A stretch of DNA of 29,303 nucleotides from Halocafeteria seosinensis (Eukaryota): assembly GCA_001687465.1 (NCBI GenBank), contig LVLI01000003.1, positions 62,001 to 91,303 on the forward strand, read 5' to 3'. Position numbers and translations under genes: made by a program. Positions 17,137 through 26,543 of this stretch are shown here, piece by piece (position 1 is the stretch's first letter; each line of letters opens with the position of its first letter). Under the pieces are notes generated by a model, which saw only the letters and a program-made list of their open reading frames with translations, was not told the origin of the DNA and did no database searches.

Positions 17137-19877
17137 ATGTCGTACATATCAACAACCAAATCAAACAATGTTAGTGTAGGAGAAGGCTTAAAAAAAGATG
17201 GGGCGAAAATTACTTTTGATAATGAATTGTTGTTCACCAAAACAGAAGTTCTACAAAAAATTGACGAACACGCTACCCAAGACGCTGATTTAAATAATTA
17301 TTATACCAAAACCGAGGTTGACAACGAATTCACCAACTTTAATAATAATATCAATACACTTTTAGATAATGAGTATTACGACCAATCACATATTGATACA
17401 AATTTTTATACGAGTGCTCAAGTGGATACTAAATTAAACGATGAGTATTACGACAAATCACACATTGACGCAAATCATCTTACAACATCAAAAACAGTAG
17501 ATACTATTAACGCTAACTTAGAGGATTATTATGATAAGGCCGAAATAGACACAAATTTTTATAATAAAATAGAAGTTGATGATAAATTAGACCTAGCAAA
17601 ATTTCAGTTCACTAGTTATGAAATAGAGGATATTCGAGATTTTTGGGCTTTTAATGATACATTCACAGAAGACTACGAAATCAATAGTGAGGTTACTGGT
17701 GGAAATCTCCTTAAAATAAAGAGTGGTTCACTCAATGTTGGAACAATAGCAAACCAGTTAAGAGCTTATTATTCATTTGATGATGTTAATAATCCTTTTG
17801 AAGATAGTATAGGTTCTTTTAACGGTACTAATAACGGTGGAGTTATTACAAGCAATGCAAAGATAGATAAAGGTGTTTCATTTAGTAATGGTGATACATT
17901 TATTAACGTTGGTTCAGTTCTAGGTTATACTACGGAAGATTTTACAGTTGCGTGTTGGTTTTATCCTACAACTGATAGTGATAATCAAATGTTATATAAT
18001 GTTGGTAGCTCATCACAAGATGCTCAAAGTCATCTAATATACAATTTTTCACCAAATAAAATATCTTTTAGAGATGTTAATAATAATAATCAAATTGATT
18101 CAGTTACTGATATTTCATTAAATCAGTGGTATTATATTACAGTAACGAGAGTAGGAACTAGCCTTAATATATATATTAATGGTCAATTAGATAATACTGG
18201 TACGGTTACTAGTGGTACATTATCAGACCCTTCAAACAATAGTACAATCTCTAGAGGAGCTACTGGTATACTTAATGATGGTCGTATTGATGAATTTGGT
18301 ATTTTTGTTTAGAGAGCTATCAGATAGTGAAATTGATTTTTTATATAATAGCGGAAACGGTGGAAATATAAGTGAAATTGTTGGTGATTTTTTACAAAGT
18401 ACTGAAGGACTACGGGTTAATGCTTTTCATCAAGTTGAGGACGTTTATTTAGAAGATGTGGATAAAACCCAAAACACTATTCAATAATATTTCCTATTTA
18501 ATGTGGATTGGTGACAGTGCTGAAACAGCTATTTCAAATAAGCAATTGTTTATCAGTTATGATAAAACAGATGATTCTATCCGAATAACCGGAAATAATG
18601 CAACAACAGCTACTAAAGAATTAACTTTAGATACTTGGGCTCACTTAGCCTTAGTAGTTGACAAAGCAAACGATAATGTTAAACTCTATGTTGATTCTGT
18701 TGAAACATTACAAATTAATGGTTTAGAAGCTTCAATCGGAACAACTCTAAGGTTAGGTGGTGGTTATTTAGATGGGAGCGGAAATCCAGTTGGAACATCT
18801 GAAACGGTCTTTGATAAAGTTTTATTCTTCACTCGTCCTTTGAAAGAGTTTGATATAAAGAATTTGTATCAAGTAAGAGGTCAATTTAATTTAAACCAAA
18901 TACCAACCGCTCATTTTTATTATAAAAATGATGTTGATTCTAATTTTCTTAAGACAGATGGAACTAATAATATGACTAATAATTTGGACCTATCAAATAA
19001 TAAAATTGTTAACTTAAATCCCCCAACAAATCCAAAAGACGCAACTAATTTAAGTTATCTTGAACAAAATTATTATAATAAAAATACAGCCGATTTTTTA
19101 TATCTTTTTAGGGATGGAGGCAATTCAATGGAGGGTGATTTAACTTTTGCTAATGGTGCTAGTATAACTTTAAATGATACTGATATGGATGCGGTAAACA
19201 ATAAAATAATTAATGTTAATGACCCAACTTTTGATAGGGATGTGGTTAATTTACAATTTGCGAATAGTAATTATTTAAGTCTTGACGGTTCTAATTCTAT
19301 GACATCAAATATAGATGCAGGTAATAATAAACTTATTAATGTAAATGATCCCACTAGTAATAAGGATGCTGTTAATTTACAATATTTTAATTCAAATCAA
19401 ACTGGATCTTTACCCAAGGTTTATAAATTTACACAATCGAGCACGCCAACAATTAGCAATGGAAGTACTGAAACATTACAAAAAATTAGTGCCGGTTTAC
19501 CATTGAATTATTATTATTGTCATGTAGAACTAATAATATCAGTTGATGAAAATGAAACTGGAGTAACTGAGGAATTTACTGCAACATACAGTATAACTGA
19601 TGATGTAGGAACAAATAACGATCCCATTCAATCTTTAGCCCATTGGAATCCGGGTCTTGGTGGTTCAACTGGTGCTTATTCTCAAACGTTTTCTGGTGTA
19701 ACAAATGACCCACAATATAAAAACTTTTATTTTACTTTTGATATAATAACAGATGAAACTGAAAATTTAACATTTACATTTGATGTAACAAATAACTCTG
19801 GTAGTAGTACTGATGTGAATTTTATGCAACATAAAGTTAGAGCACACGCAATAAAAACACCTTCACAATTTCCTTAA
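17137..19877 (+). pseudogene. Fibre/receptor-binding-like protein with two LamG (ConA-like) domains, split by two +1 frameshifts (912 aa if repaired)
   Basis: YYTKTEVD-type repeats, LamG domain 1 (AYYSFD...FTVACWFYP...WYYITVTR...IYINGQL...GRIDEFGIF), LamG domain 2 (MWIKP...WAHLALV...LYVD) and three D.xNNKIxNxNxPT..xDAxNLxY shaft repeats. Removing one base near 18310 and one near 18455 fuses the three ORFs. Confidence 0.8.
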
Positions 19878-19880
19878 TTT

Positions 19881-19907
19881 ATATAATACTAAAAACTAGT
19901 ATTATAT
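19881..19907 (+). terminator. Perfect hairpin after the fibre gene stop
   Basis: ATATAATACTA-aaaac-TAGTATTATAT, an 11-bp stem starting 4 nt after the stop. Confidence 0.6.
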
Positions 19908-20124
19908 TTATTCTTTCAACGTGACAACTTTTGAAATTTCCCATTGAGAAGTGTGTAAGTAATTTCGATGGAAAATTACAAACTTATAGAAGTGTAAAAG
20001 ACGGGTTCAGCCACTGTTAATTAAACAGAAGTTATACACTATAGTTTTTTAAAAAATTTCCCATTGTAAAACCTGTAATGTATTTTTACCCGATGAAGTA
20101 CACTTATGATTATTTACATGTCGC

Positions 20125-20356
20125 TTTACGGTTGCACCTTGACAACGTTCTGGTTTTTAGCGTTGACAATCGTTTACCTCTCTCACTGCTATTTGTCAAC
20201 TCTATCTTCTGTTTTTGTATGGTTACACTTTCTTCTTGACAACACTTTACTTTCTTGCATTGACACCCTTGCAATCTCCCACAATGCTGTTTGTCAACTT
20301 TAACTTCTGTACATGACAGCTTACGGTTACTTCTTGACAACGCTTTGTTTTTATGC
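20125..20356. repeat. Degenerate ~97-bp tandem repeat (about 2.3 units) near the right end of the virus
   Basis: TGACA at 20140/20237/20335 and 20164/20261, TGTCA at 20194/20292 (offsets 97-98). Shared blocks TGCTRTTTGTCAACTYTAWCTTCTGT and TTACGGTT...CTTGACAACG. Confidence 0.75.
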
Positions 20357-21550
20357 TAATTACCCATGCAATGTTTCAATGGTGTTTGGTGGGCTTGGGC
20401 TTAGCTACAAAGCATTTCGTTAAGGTGTGCCATCCATAGACATTGTACTCTACTTGCCCTATCAAATAATTACCATCTACATGATACGTTGAGGTGTGAA
20501 ACCTTTCGGAATGTGACGCATCAATATTATTGACTGGTTGGTCATGCAAGTACAGTACCGCCGGGGGTATTTACGCTTTGGTTCCTTCGCTTCGTTATTG
20601 CCTGAGACTTGCTAACCCACACACACACTGCTACACAACTTTACCGGTACTTCCTCTACCAAGGAAAAACGCTACCAACACTTCCACCGTGTATCGACTG
20701 CCGCTGGCACTGCTGTCATCTGGAAGCAGAGCAACGACACCGCATCTATCTGGGGTTCTCCTACCGCTCACTCGGAAGGGAAAACGGAGGAATATGACCG
20801 GTGCCTTACTTCAAGCCGCCCGCTTGTGGGTGTAGAGTGTGGTGCCTCTGTATCTACGCGGTTTAATACTGTCCGGTACAGTTTAGTCATTACATTTTAA
20901 GCTGACAGTTTGATCGCATACAATAACAAAACAAGTTTTTTCTCATCAGACCTTTACGCTTCCGAACTTCACTTCAAGTCGGGAAGCGTCTCCCGCTGGG
21001 GATCGTCGTCCATACGCATTTTATTGCTATTGTAGCATTATATGTACTGTATAATGGTGGCAAACCATTCATATACTATCTGCATGTAGTGTAATACACT
21101 CGTCCTCGATACAGTGTCTAGGGACTTGATCAACAACTACTGTACACTGTAGACAATACGAGCGGTTGATTTAAGTCCCTTTATTTCTGTCGAAGACGCC
21201 ATTGCTTGGGGATGCCTCCTCTTTGGTGCCGCATTGATGAGCATCCCCACGTTTACTTCCTTGAGCTGGCAGCTAATCGTTAAAGCACAAAATTAAATGA
21301 CTGTTTTTACGAAGTTCTGTTTTTGTTTCTAACTCTGACGTCGAAACTTTCTAAGTCAGAGCTTAAGTCGTTGACTCCCCAGGAAGTCGTATCGTTTTAA
21401 ACAAAGTTGTCAATGATGGCAGCCCCAGTGTATACGTATTGTTAGCTAAATAATGATGGCCAAACTGTCTACAAGCTGACCACCAGATCCATGAGAAATT
21501 GGGCGCCGATATAGATTATTACATTATCGAAAGCATTGAAAGAACAGGTC

Positions 21551-24378
21551 TTACGGATCTAGTCTAACGCCTCTGGAGAAACCGTTATTCTCTGGTCTGG
21601 TTGAGGAAATATTGCTGGTATCTCTTTGTTTATGGCTCCCTTGAATATCATCAAGCTTAAACGTGACGACCGGAACTTGCTTCGTCTTACCAAGCTTCCT
21701 GTGTGACGTATCTTTTGGCTGAGATGGGCTTCGGTTGGGAGACGAATCCTGGAAAGAATACAAACGATGTGATTCCTCCAACTGTCCACTGCTGCCGCTG
21801 TATGAGCTACTGTCACTGTCGCTAACTGCAAGTTCATCATTCAGCTTTGGTTCATGATGACTAGCGGTTATTGCTTTCCTCTCTCCTGTCTCAGGTGAAA
21901 ATCTCTGTACCTCTCCCTCACTGCTTCGCTGAGTTTCAGATCTATGTACATATTCGTACCTATGGTTATTTTCAATTTGTTTCCCCGTTATGTCCCCAGT
22001 TGAAGCAGCCGCTTCATCTGTAAAAAATGTAGTCGAGATCACTCTATTGCCTTTAGGAGACACATCATCTATTTCGTTCGCCTCCGCAGCAGCAGCAGTA
22101 GCACTTTCTTTAGCACCATCTTCTAATGTTGAAACAAGCATTGACTCAAGTCGATGGGTACCCGAACTACGGCTATCTTCTACCGTCTCCGTGGTGTTTC
22201 CCTGCGTATCCTCATTCTTGAGCCCATTACCCTTCCTTAGTTTTGTAGTCAATGTCGACGTGTCGCATACATTTGTTTCTGTGGCATTGCTCCCTTCTGT
22301 TCCGTTTGTCTTTGCAAATCTGCTCCGCTCTTCAGTCCATGCAGGTCGTCTGCTCCCTTTCCAAGCAAGCACTGCAGCCAGGAAGCGGTCCTCCACAGGA
22401 TAATTGTCAGGAATGAGTTGTCTCAACGCAGCTTGATGGGGTTGTTGATCGAGATCAAGAGTGAATATATCACTTTGCTTAGAGGCCTTAGTTTCGGATG
22501 TCCCACCGGTCACAGTCGTGGATTTCGCGTCTTTTGAAAACCCCTGATGTGCAGACAGCACTGCAGAGGGAGCCAGGGAACTCAATCGGAGCGAGGGTGG
22601 TTGGTCATCAAGAGAGCACCGGTCAGACTCTGCGTGGCTGGTGCTCGTTCCATATAGTTGATTTAGTTTCAAGGATGAAGTTGACTGGCTACTACTGTCA
22701 GAATAGTTTTCGAGCTGCTGCAAAGGGGCAACTTGATCTTCGCTTCTCCTGGAATCGGCACTCCCAGACCGGGCTTCCAAACGTTTTCGTGTCATTGTAG
22801 ATACCCCTCTAACTGCATGTTGCGAAAACTCCTCTTCGATACGATTATGTTTGCCCTGAGTAGAACCGACTGTCGAATCCAGGGTTGAGGTCTTCGGTTT
22901 TTCTGGCTTTGGCTGCGGTTTAGGTACTGGCAGAGCAGCGCCATGGCTCCAGGAGGAGACAAGTTCTCCCGCGGATGGAGGCTTTTGTGGAGAAGGCGAT
23001 ATGTGATGACCAAACACTGACGAAGGATAAAATGGATCGCTACCCGGCTGATCACGTTCCTTATATTGCGTCAAGTAGTTTTCCCTAATAGGCGTTCCTT
23101 TCCCGGAGAGAGGCGACCGGCCGGTACTGGAGGGCGAAGTATGCTGCGTCTGTCTTGAGCCAAATTCTTCAGTTTTCCGTTGCATGTAGCTTCGTTGTTG
23201 CAGCTGCAGTGATACCGGAGATATGGATGCGGATGGGGAAAATGGGAATGTTCCTTTCGCATCATGCGATGCGACGAACGAGGTCGAATCTTTGCGAGGC
23301 TCAAGTTTCCTTCTCTGCTGATATTTGGAGGCATCCCTTGCAGACTCACGAGCCGCCTCTGCTGATGCTCTCGCAGGAGAGTTGTTCGAGACACTCCGGC
23401 CAGAATACACAGCCGAAGAAGCAGCAAACCCTGGTGAACTGACATCTAAATTTATTCGATTAGATACTTGGGGTCGATCACGGTAGGTTCGACGTTCTCG
23501 CTTGTCGGCTAGTCTAGGAGCAGCTTTATGGTCATCCGATCCTACTCTTGTAGATGCAGAAGACTCTGCAAACTCTTGACTAGGAGTGGTGGTAACATTG
23601 TCAGGTTTTATCTGGCTTAATTGACTTGGCGGGACCTCGTATCTCGATTCAACAACGCCGTCTGAAATTACTTCCTCTATATCCTCTGAACTCTTTGCGC
23701 TTCCTTCCGCCACATCTCTTTGGGATTCAGACTCACGGGAGTATGGTGAGTGAAATTCTTGAAGCGGGGAAGGGTATTTCGTATCTTTGAGCCTCTTATT
23801 TTCTTCCTTTGTCGATCGCAAAACTTCCTCCACCTGCAATTGCAGTTCCAATGTGCACATACTTAAACCTTAGTTGGACGTGGGAAAGCGCCACCAGAAT
23901 GAGTTACCTTTTTTAACTTTTCCAACACTCTTCGTCGTTCTGCCTCTTCATCGTCATGAGTGGCTGTCTCACTCGTCTGATTGGAAGTGTTTGTGCTGGT
24001 GATTGAGGGCCGAGGGGTCGTTGACTGGACGCTGGGTGCTGTCGACGTCTCATTCGATTCATGCTCTACACTCTGAGCTCCCTCCGACACAGCTGAAGCT
24101 GTGGAATGCATTGCCACACTACTTGTAAAGAAGGGTGAGTCTTCTGGCGCTTGGTTGTGGCCCTGTGGTGTTGAATAAGGATCTCCGCCATTTGCCTGAG
24201 GCTGTCCTCTACTCCTTTCTCCTAATCGCTGCCTCAATTTGCTTCCGTAGTTCATGTTGGACACGTCTGTTCTGAGATGCTGTCGGTAGCGCAATAAATA
24301 CGTCGTTAGATCTTCTACTGGCTTGGAAGAATCAATGGAATACGACCTATTATGGCGGTAAACAAAGCGTGAGGACAT
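21551..24378 (-). CDS. Host S/T/E-rich, largely disordered hypothetical protein (at least 2 exons)
   Basis: ORFs 23863..24378 and 21551..23860 join in frame through GT-AG intron 23907-23834 (LEKLKK|VEEVLR, within a short coiled coil). The start is uncertain, and the apparent stop overlaps GTAAG so more 3' exons are possible. Confidence 0.65.
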
Positions 24379-25959
24379 CCCTCGCTCATCGTGCGGCTCT
24401 TTGGGGCAGAAGACAGGCGTTATATCTCATTTTCCCCACATTTGGGTAGTTTCTCAGTCATCGCAAAAGTGCACACAAGACACGGAATACAAACATAAGG
24501 CATCGCACAAGGGAGTCGGAAGACTCAACGTCTAGCGACCGTTGAATCGAACTTCACGGGGCAGGAAATACAGGTTGTACAGTACCGGTCAGTGTGGTAC
24601 ATATACCCCCCGTCCCCGGCACCCGAACCACTGGAATGTGACATTGGAGAGTGTGGAAAGGATAGTTTTATTTTGTTTGCTGAATAAACCCTAGTTGAGG
24701 ACCCAAGAAATTCGATGTCAATACAGGTGGGGCTTCCGGGCACTACTTAGCAACATGACATGACCAGGAAATGCGACAAAGCCCATAGTAGAACTCTGGT
24801 CGGCGCAACTTAGCGGTTGTAAGCAAAAGCAACAGAAGTGGCGATGGGTGGCATTATCGAATCTTGCAATCATGCGTGTTACTGGTGTTATCTACAGTAC
24901 AAGCAGTTTGTAAGGAACTCCTTTTGGAATTCAATGAAATTGCACCAACCAACTGCAACTGGTCCAATTGGCAACTGGTCAGCATTGTTGAGGTTCAACA
25001 TCCCACGAATCCTGATCGCTCTGACGTTGGCTGCAAGTACAGATTGTACAGTGTATGCCCGTTGTAGCCTTCTGATGAATCAGTGATGATGATGGCCCTC
25101 CCCACACAATGTAGGAAGGTTCAAGGTTGACAGCTTCAAGCCCGGATCGTGTCATCATGACCTCATGCCGGTACTGTATTATACCTAGCCTGTATTATAC
25201 CCTATGGTTGTACAACAATTTAGGGTAATGGTCCCTAGTACAACTTATGAGATCAGACAAGGAAGAATGGAAGGAAGAATGTTGCGCCACAGTTCTGGGA
25301 CTCATGAGACACCGTCCTGGGTGCCAATGGCCCAGTACAGGTGGGTGGCCGTACTGTATGCCAGACAATCTGTTGGTATCGCAGACGAAAACTAACAAAA
25401 GCTATGCCGGCGAAAGTGAGGAGACTGTAGAGAAGGCGGGTGAGTCGTCGCGTACACACTGAAGCACCGGGTAGCTAGAGATACAGAAACTATTCAACTA
25501 GTTGGCACTTATGTGAAGAACAAGGGCATGTACCCCTGGCATGGAGGAATCCGTAAGATCGAGTGTCCATGGGTGGGGCCTGATGAGGTTTTGTTAGACG
25601 GCTGAACCGAACGGAATCTGTCTCGGGGTCGAAAACTTGGCTACATGCTACGATACGCCGTGTAAGGGGTAAACCGTACCCGGAACCGCTCCAACATCTT
25701 CACGTTGTGGTGACTGAGGAACCTATTCTTCCTAGGAAAGAGTGCGATGTCTATTTCTCAGAAGCAGATGCACCGTGGATTTGGAGCATGTGGCCAAGAT
25801 GTCGAGCGTGACACTCTTGCTCCTTACCAACAAGAGGTCATATCTGAGCACCTAGTTAACAAGCCGGGATAATGATCGTGACGAGTAGGGTCACATGTCA
25901 GCAGCTTGCGCGACGGGGATACTTCGTAGTTTTGTAAATACTCTCAATGCATTCAAATA

Positions 25960-26390
25960 CTATGAGGGCTTTAGAAGCAAAATTCGACGGCAGACTCCTG
26001 CTAGGTATGCCAATCCGTTGCTATTCCTCCAGTTGCTCAACACAACTTGTCCTCCCCGTACCCGGCAGGCAAGTGCCCCTGTTAAACCCATCTATATCAC
26101 GAAAATGTCAAAGTTCTGCATCTCCCTTGCTCCCAGCGGGAACCCGGTGCTTTCCTGGTACTTCTCTAACGAGGCCACCCGTCGCCTCTATCGCGAACGG
26201 GATAATTTCTTTCAGATTCCCGTATTTTGTCCGCTTCAACTTCTCCCGCGATGGTGAGGGATCTTCCCGCGGTCCTGACTAGTCTGTCTCCGGTGAATGG
26301 GTTTGGCACTGTCACATCGACATAAACTGTGCTCGTTGGACCTTTTGCTACCAGGTCCATCACTGGCCTCACTTCGTTTCGCGGGTTTGT
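25960..26390 (-). mobile_element. 3' relic of an RLE-type non-LTR retrotransposon (CRE/NeSL/R2-like)
   Basis: RPVMDLVAKGPTSTVYVDVTVPNP...EVEADK, then after a frameshift KYGNLKEIIPFAIEATGGL. This matches the restriction-like endonuclease pattern D..DVtv..P / K..KY / PfavEtxG. Confidence 0.75.
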
Positions 26391-26543
26391 TCATGTTCAT
26401 TGATGAATGCCTTTATGTAGGGTTCAGCGTCTAACGACGCTGTACGATTATCGCTATACAATGACAACAACAATTTTTCTATCAATCTACATTTCCTCCC
26501 TCTTCTTTCCGTTCTCCCAGTATCCTGTCCTCTCCGCGAACTC

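Larger units (their letters stand above)
8198..20360. mobile_element. Endogenous Polinton-like DNA virus, left part missing; right boundary approximate
   Basis: Abrupt shift to AT-rich, intronless, densely packed ORFs. Contains MCP, mCP, packaging ATPase, an integrase C-terminus and a fibre-like gene. Host-like composition resumes at about 20350-20450. Confidence 0.92.

Noticed and set aside
18300..18460. Programmed ribosomal frameshifting in the fibre gene
   Set aside because: Two successive +1 shifts inside folded domains with no canonical slippery site. Mutation or sequencing error is simpler.
20125..20356. TTGACA boxes as bacterial -35 promoters, and ORFs 20106..20303 and 20110..20340
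   Set aside because: The context is eukaryotic/viral with no downstream gene. The boxes are explained by the tandem repeat, and the ORFs are repeat by-products.
8198..20360. Bacterial prophage or contaminant
   Set aside because: No Shine-Dalgarno pattern and no terminase, portal or tail genes. The gene set (VLTF3, chromodomain, RING, penton) is eukaryotic-viral.
8198..20360. Fragment of a giant virus genome (GEVE)
   Set aside because: The MCP pattern, Polinton-type integrase tail and tightly packed capsid module fit a small Polinton-like virus better. VLTF3 is the only NCLDV core gene beyond the shared morphogenetic module.
20340..20700. Polinton-type terminal (AG)n/AGT motif and TSD at the right end
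   Set aside because: No convincing terminal motif was found, and the left end needed for comparison is missing.
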